Of a stretch of DNA of 64,000 nucleotides, positions 28,283 to 42,799 are shown piece after piece (within the stretch, counting starts at the first letter, position 1; each line of letters starts with the position of its first letter). The notes beneath the pieces are model-generated. The model searched no databases. It was given only the letters and a program-made list of their open reading frames with translations, and was not told the origin of the DNA. The stretch is taken from positions 130,324,001 through 130,388,000 of the forward strand of contig OZ024745.1 of NCBI GenBank assembly GCA_964016885.1. Reading direction: 5' to 3'. A program made the position numbers and the translations under genes. The stretch comes from Eledone cirrhosa. Its lineage: Eukaryota.

Positions 28283-29382
28283 AAGTACTCCACTTGTTTG
28301 CTGAAAATTATGAATGTTTGATTGTTTGCTGAAATTTTAAAGTAAGTGAGACTGTCACTACTCTAAAACAATAGCGTAAGGTCTTCGAAATGCTTTTAAT
28401 TAAGCATACAGTGTATTGCAAAATAGACTATATATACATTCATATATATATATCGCTATTTTAGAGCGGCAATTCTAATATATATATATATATATGTATA
28501 CGTGTGTGTGATTGTACGTGTGTGTAGATATTCAGGTATATATGTATGTTCGTAGGTATATATATATGCACATCTGTACTTTCATCTGATATTTCACTCT
28601 TTAATATATACGCATGCAGGTTTAAACGCGAGTGCAAGCGTGCTTTTGTGTTAGTTTGGAGGTAGTAATCTGTAATCCATTCACTTCAACAAATTTCACA
28701 TAGTTCTAATAATGTAATATTCTATTACGAATGTTCTTTTATTTTAAGAGTGAAATTGTGATAAATTAGAGATTTCAATTCAACAGAATACTCGTACCAG
28801 ATTAAAGCTGATTTCAATCAAAGCTGACTCAAGCTGTATTTGATATATTTTCAATTTTCGCATAATGCATTTTGCAATATTGTTTCAGCAACAGATATTG
28901 TTGTTCCTTTTGTTTGAATTATGTTTCCTTCTTCTCTTGTAGCTTTTCATTCTTCCTTCCTTCCTTATTTTATTCCGTTTATTTTTCTTTCTTTTTTAAT
29001 TACTTTCCGTTACTTATCTATTCGTGCCGTTTTTTCCCAGTTATCTTTTACGTACAACTCTTTCCCTTTTCCTTTCATCAACCAAGACCCCCCCCCCCCG
29101 CCCCCGCTCAGTTTTTTATCTATTCGTTCTGCATCTTTCTCTTTGTTTTATTTTCTTTGTATTATTTGTCGTCCATATGTATTCATGTATTCTACGTGAA
29201 ATATATACTATAGTATACATACATACATATATACCTACATATATATCTCCATATCTATATCATATATGTATGTATGAGTATATATATATATATACATACA
29301 CACAAACACACAAACACACACACCAACACACACACACATACACACATAAATATATATATATATATATATAGGAACGAGTAGG

Positions 29383-29478
29383 ACCCCGACGGCTGAGCTC
29401 AAGCCGTTTCGACGGCTAATTCTGGACTAAATGAAAATGTTTATCCTGGTATTTGAATAGCCGAGCTTCTCAAGGGAT
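29383..29478 (-). ncRNA. Complete family A hammerhead, U3-A8 core, long stem II
   Basis: Minus: ATCCC-TTGAGAA-GCTCGGCTA...TAGCCGTC-GAAA-CGGC-TTGAGCTCA-GCCG-TC-GGGGT. The only family A copy seen that retains the 5' core strand. Confidence 0.78.
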
Positions 29479-30212
29479 AATTCCATATATGGTCAAAGTG
29501 ATTGTCACAGGGATTGGTCAAAAGTTTGTAGTTGAGACATAATAATTCTATGATGGCAATTAGTGGAGGGAAGGGGTAGCTAAACCTGCCAGTAGGAGAA
29601 AGAGGGAGAGGGGGTGGAGGAGACCCATTCATGCGTTGATAATGCCGGCTACAGCTGGGCGTGAGGTCAAAGAAGATACTATGGAGGGGGAGGGGGAGGA
29701 AGTCGAAACAGTAAGTAGAACAATGAGGGGTAAATATATAGAAAAATAGTGAGTGTTAAAAAGCAATTAAATGTAAAAAAAAATAAACAATTTCTGGTTA
29801 CTACGACCTAAGTCTCTCACTATTGCTAGGCTAAAGAAATATACTAGGTGGGACGGAATTAAAATGAAACCCTTTTAAGAGGTATAAGTAATAAACCGAG
29901 TATATCTTACGGTGACGGGTCAACAAGTGAGGGGCCAAAATACTAAAGAGACTACCACGAAATAATAAAAGTTTCTAACCCAGGCACAAGGCCAGCAACC
30001 ACCCAGTGCAAAAAAATAAACTAATACGAAATAATAATTCAGAGTCCCGAAAAAGAATACTAATACTATCTCTAAGGGGTGCCGCCACGATACAAAAGTT
30101 CTAGTGCAAGCTACATAAAGGCTCGTACGAAGTAAAAGTAAAATTTGATACGGAAAATTAATTCAGAATCACCCCCCATGGTCCACCTGGTTCCTTACCA
30201 CATTTCTTCCGT

Positions 30213-30288
<76 letters not shown>

Positions 30289-30466
30289 GAGACAAAATCC
30301 CAACCAAGGCGCTAACAGGTCGGGATGTTGCTTATCTCTATACACACTCTACATTTCCCTTTGCACCGAGTACTCCCATGAATAGTGGTCTCCTCAGTTT
30401 CAATACTGCAGACACTACATACACACACACACGCCCATACATATATATGTATATGTATATATATAT

Positions 30467-30640
30467 ATCATCATCATCATCATCATCATTATCATCATCA
30501 TTTTACGTCCGCTTTTCCCTGCTTGCAAGGGTTGGACGGGCCCTATCCAGCACAGCATCTCTCCACTTGTGACGGTCCTTCGTCATCTCCTCTGTGAGTT
30601 TCAGAGATCTGAGGTCTGCCCTCACCGCCTCCCCCATGTG
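30467..30640 (-). mobile_element. RTE-clade LINE 3' end
   Basis: Minus: TWGEAVRADLRSLKLTEEMTKDRHKWRDAVLDRARPTLASREKRT* (W...V..DL...DR..WR motif), followed directly by an (ATG)n tail. Confidence 0.78.
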
Positions 30641-31372
30641 CGCGGAATACCAAAGAAGAACTAAATAATATTGTTAATTATGTCTAAGTGATGAGTCTGG
30701 TTTCTCTGTTATTGCACCTGTTTATTCATCAGATTATGAGACAGTAGTAAATGTTTAATGACAGAGACTTAGTAGAAATAGGAAACGACCCAGGTGTGTG
30801 GGACGATGAGCGTTTTCGAATGTTTTTTCAAGTGTGGTCGATGTATTTTAAGTGAGATGTTGGCAACAATGGCAGGGTTATCAGGAAGGAGAGAAAGAAA
30901 AGAGAAAGAAACAGAGAATGTGGGTGGTGGAGGGCGGAAAACAACATAAAGGAGAGAATATACTTGTCTTTGTTCTCCGCGATTTTGACTAAATATTGCC
31001 ATACTACGAACCGGTACTGTCTTATTTGAACCAATGCAGAGCTTTCATTGCATATGATATTTCCTTTAATATAATTATTCGTTTTGTTTCATGCATTCAA
31101 TTCAAGCAGACCTAAGATCAAAGGCATTCCAGTTATTACCATCAACTATTTATAATAGTATCTAAGAGTAACTTAATTGTGGAAGGTATCATTTCGTTAT
31201 TTATGTCAGCAAGTGATGATCTAAAGGAGATTTGGTTGTTAATAATACCAGATAAAATGACCACGTAGAATCTCCTTCATTGACATATTTATGCTGTTCT
31301 CTTTATTAGAATTTTAGTGCAAATATACGCAACGATTTCGATGCAGGAATAACTGTATGTTATACGTGTATA

Positions 31373-31520
31373 GTGAAGGCGCATGGCTCTGTGTTTAGAA
31401 CATTGGGCTTGCAATCGAAAGGTTGTGAGTTCAATTCAGGGACCAGGTGATGTGTTGTCTCCTAGAGCAAGACACTTTATTTCACGTTGCTCCAGTTTAC
31501 TCAGCTGTAGAAATGAGATG
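31373..31520 (+). mobile_element. tRNA-derived SINE family S2
   Basis: GTGAAGGCGCATGGCT...GAGTTCAATTC...GAGCAAGACACTTTATTTCACGTTGCTCCAG. Confidence 0.75.
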
Positions 31521-31884
31521 ATAGGACTGGGATCCCTATTATTAAAATCACACAAGGCACCTCCAACGACATATAACTCGGAGGGGGCCAGCTAAACCTG
31601 CATGGATGTGAGCTGTAACACAACATGTAACAACATACATGTATAAGATAGCTTTAACTTTATACAGGGTATTGTTGATCCAAGGGTGTACATTTTACAA
31701 GTCTGGTTCAAAGTTGTAACGATTTACCAATGATATAAAACATCTGTTTCGAGCTTGGTGTCTCGTCAGGCAACTGCGTATCCGGGTTTCGTGACCTGCT
31801 GCGAATGAGAGTACAAGACTCATCCCTAGACAGGATGCCAGGCAATCCCTAGCTATGCTAGTACACATTTTGACTTTAGAATAC

Positions 31885-32002
31885 TGGAACAACGTGAAAT
31901 AAAGTACTCAAGAACACAACACACAATCCAGCCCAGGATTCAAACCCACGTCACTATGATTTAAGTCCAACACATTTACCACTAGCCCACGCGCCTTTCA
32001 CA
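31885..32002 (-). mobile_element. SINE family S2-related, diverged
   Basis: CTGGAACAACGTGAAATAAAGT...GGATTCAAACCC...CACGCGCCTTTCAC is the reverse of the S2 head and body. Confidence 0.7.
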
Positions 32003-32294
32003 GTTTAATATTAATCTGTAAAATAGTTATTGTTGTTCTTAATATTTATGATGTCAGAATTTTGTTTGCATTGAACGGTGTTGCTGTATTTATCTTAAGC
32101 TGCTTCAATTATATAAAAGGTCTGATTCAAACTATTGGAAGTCTTCAATTTGAGACAGGAGATTTGCATTTCCATAACGAAATTAGAGTTTAATGAAAAT
32201 TGAGTTTTTAATCTTGAGCACCTTGAAAATATTTATCACAGATGGCGATCTCTTACACGCTCTTTCATTGGTTCTAGTTAATTATTTACTTAGG

Positions 32295-32512
32295 GCGGGT
32301 TGATAGACTGGTAATATCGGTAGAAGGTCGGTAACGTGTTCCGCGGCATAGAGTTAGGGCCCTATATGTTCTGAGTTCTAATACCAGTTAGGTTAGCTTT
32401 GCCTTTTATCCTTACGGAGACGATAAAATAAAGTACCAGTAATGCACAGCGGTCGATTTAATAGACTTTCCCCTTCCCCCAAATTGTTGGCTTTGTGCCT
32501 AAATCAGAAACG
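32295..32512 (+). mobile_element. SINE family S1
   Basis: Matches the units at 20628-21080. Confidence 0.8.
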
Positions 32513-32536
32513 AATATATATATATATATATATATA

Positions 32537-32722
32537 TAACGAAGGAAGTGTGGTAAGGAACCAGGTGGACCATAACGCACCAGAGTAGTCAATACTTAGA
32601 GTAGTAGAGTGGGTAACAGGAAAATGTTTAACACCGACGGCAGAGCTCAAGCCGTTTCGACGGACTCCAGAAATAGCCGTCGAAATGACTTGAGCTCTGC
32701 CGTGGGGGTTAAACATTTCCCT
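32537..32722. mobile_element. Family A fold-back fragment
   Basis: Matches 19682-19889. Inversion junction near 32664. Confidence 0.85.
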
Positions 32723-33115
32723 ATATATAGATATATATATATAACGAATTAAGCGGCTATGTTGACGTCGTTAGCTTCATATTTTCAAGGATGTCGCAAT
32801 ATGTATTTGACCTATGACATCTTAACCCAATAATTCCTAAGTGACAATACACAACATAACCTCGTTGCTGCTTAGTATTGATCGCAATCACACATTACAA
32901 TTTTTAAGATCATACACAACTGAAAACCATATCTATAACGGATCACTAAATATAGGTTTTATAACACTAATCATGTTGTTCATACATATATTGCAATTCC
33001 CATCACTGGAATAATATTCTCTTACCAACATATTCCTCCCTAAGTCAACAAAAGAATACACGAAAAACAAAAATTTAGAACTAATTATTTGATCTTTTTA
33101 ATTCCTTTCTTTCTA

Positions 33116-33159
<44 letters not shown>

Positions 33160-33211
33160 TAGAAAGAAAGGAATTAAAAAGATCAAATAATTAGTTCTAA
33201 ATTGTTTTATA

Positions 33212-33330
<119 letters not shown>

Positions 33331-33415
33331 GTATCTGTTCCTATTTCTTTTATGTAATTTTCTCGAATTCACAATATATAAATCTATTGCCCTACTAAAT
33401 ATCCAAAAGGTATAT

Positions 33416-33451
<36 letters not shown>

Positions 33452-33452
33452 T

Positions 33453-33533
<81 letters not shown>

Positions 33534-33543
33534 TGTGTATGTA

Positions 33544-33597
<54 letters not shown>

Positions 33598-34211
33598 TAT
33601 ATACGTGTGTATGTGTGTTTGTGTCTCTGTGTGTAAACACACATACATATGTATAAATACATATACATATACATTTATGCATATATATGTGTGTGCAACA
33701 GCGTGAGTATTTAAATTTCAAGAAATAAATTTATCAATTTGTCAAATTTGACACAACATTTTGACAGATTGGATGCTCCCGTGACGAATAAAAGGAAGAT
33801 TTGCAGAATAAGCCAACCATATTGCAGAAAAGAATATAGGTTAGTTGTATTTTAATTTCCGATTGGAAAATAAAAACACCATTATTTTATACTGCGAAAT
33901 AATTCTTATTAAAATACACCAATCAAGTGTTAAAATACATAAACATTAACACACAGGCACATATATCTGTATACACACACCTACACAGACACATAAATAT
34001 ACACGCATATATATAGATATATGTTATATACACACATATATATACACATATATAGATATATGTTATATACACATATATAGATATATGTTATATACACATA
34101 TATAGATATATGTTATATACATATATATATATATGTGTTTGTGTGTGTATCTACCTATTTATTAATATATATATTTAATTGTATATATATATAACTATAT
34201 ATATATATAAG

Positions 34212-34336
<125 letters not shown>

Positions 34337-34579
34337 ATATATATATATATGACAAACAGGCATGTTGATATACATCCTAAGAAACATACACACACGCAAG
34401 ACATGCGCGCAGAGGTTTGTATATGTTTCACTTTAAAAGTACTCAATACTGATGTAAGAGTCATTATTTATCATGTATATAAATATAGAATAAGTTCGTA
34501 TTTGTGAACACGTAAAGAAATATACACGCAAGTATAAATATATATATGTATGAATGTATATGTATATATATGTATATAT

Positions 34580-34713
<134 letters not shown>

Positions 34714-35387
34714 GAATATGAATACATATATATATATATATAAATATAAACCTATATATACATACATACATTCATGCATGCACACACACACCCATATATA
34801 TATGTGTGTGTGTGTGTGTATGAGAGAGTATGTCTGTATGTGTGTGTTTGTCTGTGTGTGTCTCTATGTGTGTGTGAAAACTGATAGATAGAGAGCTATT
34901 CAAAACTATATAAAAATATTTTCTTTACAGAAAATACATACATAGTTGCCAAAAGTTTCTTAACACGTATTATATGCTATTTAAGCAGATTAAAGTTTTA
35001 GATTTTGGCAACAAATTTATTCAAAGTATAACAACGAATATAAAAATATATATATATATATATATATTACACTCAAATTTTAGTAAACATGCAAAAATAT
35101 AAAGTCATAATAATTAGTATTAAATAGAATGAAGACATTCTAAGAAAACCATTGATTCGAAAATATGTCAAATCGATTATTTTAGTTTGTTTATGCCTCA
35201 GATATATTCTTTATCAAAATAGTTTTTTGAGAAAAATATATAATTGTGGTAAATGAATTACTATAGAATTTCAATGTGAAAGTTCATATTTAGCAATAGA
35301 ACAATGAATTTGTCGACTTACTTAGTTTTTTGTGAAACTATACATTCTTCTATTTTAGACGGTAAAAAAATATGCCCTAATTAAATA

Positions 35388-35567
35388 ATGGTTTCTAATT
35401 TTGATTTAGTTTCTGATCTAGTCTCAAGGCCAGCAAATTTTGTGCTAGAGAAATTCGATTAAATCGACTCCAGTGCATTACTTGTACTTTATTTTATCGA
35501 CCCCGAAAGGATGAAAGCAAAAGCAAAAGCAGGATTTGAGCTCATATCATAAAGCATGTTGTCCGAC
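35388..35567 (-). mobile_element. SINE family S1, diverged
   Basis: GTACTTTATTTTATCGACCCCGAAAGGATGAAAG core in reverse. Confidence 0.75.
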
Positions 35568-35947
35568 GTGGATGTAACTGTTGTTACACAATTAAGTAAC
35601 AGAAACACACACACACACACACATAAATATATATATATGTATATATATATGTATATATATATAAGAACGGGGTTTAATCAGGGGTAATCACAGTTAGGAT
35701 ACTCAATACATTATAGAGCTTAAACATCATGTTTAATATAGCAATGGCTTCTGAATGAAACATGTCTTGTCCTGTAGAAGGCATTTCTATATTAAATTTT
35801 ATATATATATATATATTTGTGTATAGTGGTAGCTATGGTGCTTCCGTAGGTGGTATGCCAAAATTAGCACTCGATATTCATCAGAGTAGAGTGTAGATAT
35901 TATAAAGAAAACGAAAAATCAGTGATGCATGTGGACTTAGTTTATTT

Positions 35948-36038
35948 CGTGTTACAAATGTTTCGCCGGCATGTAGCTCGAGTCATGGTCCTTGTATGGA
36001 TCTGACTGATTCTACTTCTGTGGGTTCTTTCAGACACG
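35948..36038 (-). ncRNA. Family D hammerhead-like motif with CUGAAAGA core, in element 35818-36056
   Basis: Minus: CGTGT-CTGAAAGA-ACC...GGC-GAAA-CATTTG-TA-ACACG. Confidence 0.55.
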
Positions 36039-36074
36039 GGTGTTATGTCCGGAGCAAATGTTATCACTAATTAT

Positions 36075-36205
<131 letters not shown>

Positions 36206-36920
36206 CGAGAGAGGGGGGGGTGTAACAGAAATTGTTAAGAAATTGTTAATTAGAAATGCGCCAGAAGCCGAAGTGATTGACAAAGTTATATTTGCATAAT
36301 CGTGTATAAATATATACACACATCTAATTTGTAGTCATATAAACATGCCAGAAAATACGAATTTCCCTGTAACTTGAAAACACGATAAACATATTCAATA
36401 GAATTTTGAATCATATTGGACCCTCATTTGAATATATGTATATCATCCAATCAATCACAAGGAAACATACATTCGCTCTTAATATTATTCTGAAATGGGC
36501 ATACTAATTTGCATATAATTATCACTCCTTTTGGTAATTAATTAAGATATATAGTGAGAAGTACGTCAGCTGTCGAAATATAAGACATATTTACATCTGT
36601 ATGAATACAGCGTGTGCATCAGACACTGCACAAACGTATATATATATATATACTAATTAGTTATGTATATACATTTATACACGCTTGTGCAGTCTCGGTC
36701 AAACTGTCTGTGTATATACATCACATACTAGTTTCCTTGTGGATGATTTGATGCTATACACGACTTCCGATGAGGGTGCATGTAGATTCTAAAAATGGTT
36801 ATAGATGTTTATCATTTTTTCAATTTACGGGAACATTCGTATTATCTGGTATGTTGAAATTACTAGGCTACAAATTAGACACACTCTGTATTTATACATA
36901 TATGTATATATATATATATA

Positions 36921-37287
36921 CTTGGGGAGGGTCATATTGTTGTAATAATATTGCCAGAAATAATAACAGAACACACTTACTGTGTGGCGTAGACATACAA
37001 TACAACAGGAGGAACATAATGATGATGTTGCAGATGTGCAACGAAAGAACTTTGTTAGACTATATATAGGTGTTTATATGTGTATTTTTGACCGTTGGTC
37101 AGTTAATGATAAACATTGAGGACCAAATGAATTAACTGTAGAGATATAAAAGATACAGAAGCGAAAACCAACCAAACAGTCAAAGTGTTCTGTTATTATT
37201 TCTGGCAATATTATTACAACAATATGACCCGCCGCAAGTATAACAATATTTGTTTCAACACACGATTTCATATCAAAAACCTCGCAA

Positions 37288-37290
<3 letters not shown>
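36921..37290. mobile_element. Second copy of the 7070 fold-back family
   Basis: CTTGGGGAGGGTCATATT... arm and ...AATATGACCC...CACGATTTCATATCAAAAACCTCGCAA arm, flanked by (TA)n. Confidence 0.8.
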
Positions 37291-37378
<88 letters not shown>

Positions 37379-37498
37379 TGGAAAAGGCAAGACCTATAAG
37401 AATAAATGTTATTCCTTACACAGTGTTTCATCCTAGTTTAAGGTGTCTAACATAAGATATCATATCTTCTCTCTTCTTATGATATATGACTTCTCTTT

Positions 37499-37560
<62 letters not shown>

Positions 37561-38269
37561 ATGTGTGTGTGTGTGTGTGTGTATGTGTGCGTGTGTGTTT
37601 GTGTGTGTATGTGTGTATGTGTGTGTGTGTGTGCGTGCGTGTAAATGTATGTTTGTGTGTGTGTGTGAGTGTGTAAGTGTATGTTTGTGTTTGTGTATGT
37701 GTACATAGATATATAATCATAAGACGATTACAGTATAATGGCACACCTCGCGTCCTTGTCGATAATTACAAAAGATTTTGTTATTGTCTTCAATAGAAAT
37801 GACACTTGGATGTTGCTATGCTAAAGGTTTCTCTAATGTTTTTAATTTACACTTTGTGTGGTTTAGTAATTCAGGTCGGGATTAAGAGATTGACCATATT
37901 TCTTTACGTTTATAGAGCATTAGATTGATTCAGATGATTTGAGACACTTACTGTATTCGGTTTCTTAAATAGAATATTAGTCTACGACTTCCTTTATACT
38001 ATAAACGTGGTTTTGCCTTTGCGTGTATTTGTTTTCTTAACGCTCCACATAACGACGTTTTATATTCACTTGTTTCCGTTCATTGCCAGGGAACGTCTTC
38101 ACGAACCAAAATATCGTCTTCCTGTTTTCCTTCGTTTGCAACGTTTTTCGAAATATTTACTTCTGCGTTCACAGATTGACATTTTTAGTTTCAGAAGATC
38201 GCGTTAAGGGTGAAAGCAGCGATTCTTTGCTTAAACTTTAATCTGTTATTTTAATAAATATGTAAAAAT

Positions 38270-38398
<129 letters not shown>

Positions 38399-38489
38399 GG
38401 GGAATGAGGAGAGGGAATGGGAGAAAGAGGAGAGAGAGAATAGGGGACAGCGGTAGAGAGACATTGAGGTTAGGAGAGCCATACTTATT

Positions 38490-38590
<101 letters not shown>

Positions 38591-38710
38591 GAGGTGAGTT
38601 TTATTGTAGTACAATAAAGCAATGCAGATATCGGATAAGTAGCACTCTACAGCTGGTAGGACTGGAGTATAAATAATATAAGACCAAAAGATGGTTAAAA
38701 GAGTTCCATG

Positions 38711-38781
38711 TATTTTATTATGCGCATTTCAAAAACAAATATCATCATGCGATGACATTTGCGTTTTCGTCAGATAAAATA
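38711..38781 (-). ncRNA. Minimal type I hammerhead (family C)
   Basis: Minus: TATTTTAT-CTGACGA-AAAC GCAAATGTCATC-GCAT-GATGATATTTGT TTTT-GAAA-TGCGCA-TA-ATAAAATA. Stem III ATGCGCAT. Confidence 0.85.
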
Positions 38782-38901
38782 GGGAGACATGATATGAAGC
38801 TTAAAAAACACTTGTGTATAGTGCAGTTTTAAATCAACATATATGTTGATTTAAAACTGGACTATTCACAAGTGTTTTTTAACGTTCATATCATGTCTCC
38901 C

Positions 38902-38972
38902 TATTTTATCTGACGAAAACACAAATGTCATCGCATGATGATATTTGTTTTTGAAATGCGAATAATAATATA
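38902..38972 (+). ncRNA. Minimal type I hammerhead (family C, mirror copy)
   Basis: Same fold as 38711. Stem III loop reads TGCGAA (one change). Confidence 0.78.
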
Positions 38973-39002
38973 CATGGAACTCTTTTAACCATCTTTTGAT
39001 CT

Positions 39003-39097
<95 letters not shown>

Positions 39098-39100
<3 letters not shown>

Positions 39101-39492
39101 CAAAGGAATTGTGGTAAGGAACCAGATGGACCATAACGCACCAGAGTACTAAATACTTGGGGTAGTATGTAATAAACAACATAAGATAATTATTTCATTT
39201 ACCAGTGGTTTCTTGAGGACAGATATTTATATCTGTCTTCCGTCGTCAAAACGAATAAATAACATGGTGTGTTTATTAAATATGGATTAAATATGGTTTT
39301 CAAATCCATATTTAATAAACACACCATGTCATTTATTCGTTTTGACGACTGAAGACAGATATAAATATCTACCCTTAAGAAACCACTGGTAAATGAAATA
39401 ATTATCTTATGTTGTTTATTACATAACTAAAAGGCTCTGTAGCCTGCATAGAGCACTCTCTTTACCTGTACCTTTCCTACGGAAATACTTCA
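39098..39492. mobile_element. Chimeric insertion: family A 3' end fused to a family B fold-back
   Basis: 39098-39165 is family A. Family B inverted arms at 39166-39288 and 39303-39425 have TTGACGA (C3U, uncompensated) cores, and the terminus is at about 39492. Confidence 0.85.
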
Positions 39493-39496
39493 TTTA

Positions 39497-39566
<70 letters not shown>

Positions 39567-41250
39567 CATACTTACATACATGCATACATACATACATACA
39601 TACATACATACATACATACATACATACATACATACATACATACATACATACATACATACATACATGATCAGAAATTATGAAACACCTGCAAAATTCTATT
39701 CTTAAACATAACTCTCAAAATATATTTAACATCAATAACAATCAGATAGATTTCTCACAACGTTTTAATAGCCGTGAGAAAATATTTTCTATTTGGTTTT
39801 AAATTTTACAAACGTTTCAATTTTTATTGTATTTCTTACAAGCACTTTCATACATTTTAATTTCTTTGTCAGTTTTGTTCCTTCACTTGAAATATTTTTC
39901 TTTAAACATCTTCATTTAGGTCTTCATTAAATATATTTATTTAATTTATTTAATTAGAACGTAAGAATCTGTATTTATTTAAATTATAAGTATACTAATA
40001 CTACGTGGGTAATGAATAAATATATAATACGATTTGTGTCAATCTTAGTTCAGTGTCATAGTAAAAGTAAGTATAAGTGATTGTTTTTGGCAGCTAAATA
40101 TGAAGAACGAACTGATCGATTTCGCTGACTTCGCGTATTATCAAATCTCACCTTTCTATGTCTGCCAGGTTGCTAAGATAAAATAGCAGATAACTAATTA
40201 ACAAATTGTTAACCAAATTATGTGAGACACAAGTAATCTTCATAATGATAAAAAGGCTGTTGATCCGATAATATTTAGGGAGAGCGAGAGAAATGGCGGT
40301 GATGATAGTGGGAGTTCGACTCTTCCACGTTCGGACCATATCCTTGTGGTTGTGTTCACTGAACACTTGATTACTTGTTTGACAGTCTATTTCCAATCTA
40401 TAACAATAGTTGTATTAGACAAAATGGCTTTCACTAAGAATATTAAAAACGCAATGTTTTGTTATTATATGATATATATTTTAGCATTTGACACGTTGAA
40501 AGGGAATTGATGATAAGGACAATTTATATAACAAAATCGAGATATATATGGATCCATTAGAATTATGCGGCTGTGACTACGAAATGAGAATACCTAAACT
40601 AGTCTAAAGAAAAATATATCTAGTATTTCTAAAATAGAATGTGCTAGAAAATCCAAGACATCGTAGGAGAAACACTTTCAAAATTGATTTTTAGATTATA
40701 ATCTAACCTCAACCGTTTATCATTTATAATCACCTACTCTAGACAAACGTATTATTTAGTTGCGAAAATTTGGTTACCAATTCTATTTAAATTATGATGC
40801 TATGGATGTCGAATTTTAGTAGTATACCGATTTTCAACGTTTGATATTATAAGTATCATAACTATTACCAACATACATCTTATCACCCTAAACATCACAT
40901 AATGAGTGACAATAAGTTTCCGACGACCATATCTTACATTTTCTCCCATCTGCAAATAACTAACAAAGAATTCATTTATAAAATATATTACATACAGAGA
41001 CATGTACCCATAGATAATATGATTTCGCTCTTGCATAGTCCATTACTTTACTTCTTAGTAATATATCTTAGCATTACTGACATAATCATTTTGAGTATAT
41101 AATTCTCGTAATCCGATCATGTTCGTGATTCTAAACTTTCAACATTCTAGTGAATCGTAATGACAACCGTGATTTCTGTTGACAGAAATGAGAAGCGCAG
41201 TCAAACGTCTTTATATAGATTCAATTTTCATTTCCTAGTCTTCGTCAAAT

Positions 41251-41398
41251 TTCGTTATCTTATGTATGAGTAACTGAGTAGCATAGCCACATATTTCATT
41301 CGTTATCTTATGTATGAGTAACTGAGTAGCATAGCCACATATTTCATTCGTTATCTTAGGTATGAGTAACTGAGTAGCATAGCCACAGATTTCATTCT
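41251..41398. repeat. 48-bp minisatellite x3
   Basis: TTCGTTATCTTATGTATGAGTAACTGAGTAGCATAGCCACATATTTCA at 41251, 41299 and 41347. Confidence 0.95.
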
Positions 41399-41707
41399 TT
41401 CCACTAAGATTACCACTTTCCGAAGTGATAACCATTTCCGAGTAAATGAATACAATGACCTATTAATTTATCACGCATGTATGATGTACAGTATGCTTCT
41501 TTTTTTTTTTATAAGTAAAATACAAATTTTGCGACTATAGGGTCAGCTAATATGAAGAAATTCTTCTATGGCAGACTTTGCTTCTGGCTGACGTTTAGTA
41601 AATTGGTAGCAATTCGTTTCAGTCTCACTGTTGATTAAAATGTTTGAGAAGACGTACTACCAGTCTATCAAATGGCGACTAATAATCTCTGCCTGAAAAG
41701 GTTTACT

Positions 41708-41738
<31 letters not shown>

Positions 41739-42140
41739 GTAGGAGGTGAGTTTTATTGTAGCACAATAAAGCAATGCAAATATCGGATAAGTAGCACTCT
41801 ACAGTTTGTAGGACTGGAGTATAAATAATTTAAGATCAAAAGATGGTTAAAAGAGTTCCAAGTGCTTTATTATGAGCATTTCAAAAACAAATATCATCAT
41901 GGTATGACATCTGCGTTCTCATCAAATAAAATAGGGAGACATGATATGAAGCTTAAAAAACACTTGTGGGTAGTGAAGTTTTAAATCAACAAAACTTCAC
42001 TACTCACAAGTGTTTTTTAAGCTTCATATCATGTCTCCCTGTTTTATCCGATGAGAACGCAGATATCAGCCCATGATGATATTTGTTTTTGAAATGCGCA
42101 TAATAAAATACTTGGAACTCTTTTAACCATCTTTTGATCT

Positions 42141-42148
<8 letters not shown>
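41739..42148. mobile_element. Family C fold-back element, second copy, both HHR cores mutated
   Basis: Matches 38587-39009. Cores read TTGATGA (minus, 41863-41933) and CCGATGA (plus, 42040-42110). Confidence 0.88.
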
Positions 42149-42171
<23 letters not shown>

Positions 42172-42277
42172 CCAACGATAAATCACCAGACTACTGAAGA
42201 GGACATTTTAACCCTTGTCTATTTTAACCCTTGTCTATTCATGTTCGCAACAACGTAGCACGCCATTTTTCAGTCAC

Positions 42278-42799
<522 letters not shown>

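Larger units (their letters stand above)
27781..28479 (-). mobile_element. HHR-bearing 321-bp tandem repeat with terminal inversion (retrozyme/pLTR-like)
   Basis: About 27781-28003 is repeated at about 28102-28323 (period 321), followed by an inverted partial copy at 28324-28479. One HHR per unit. Confidence 0.85.

Noticed and set aside
41235-41435. Repeat-protein ORF or CRISPR-like array
   Set aside because: A plain 48-bp tandem with no unique spacers and no cas genes, in a eukaryotic context.
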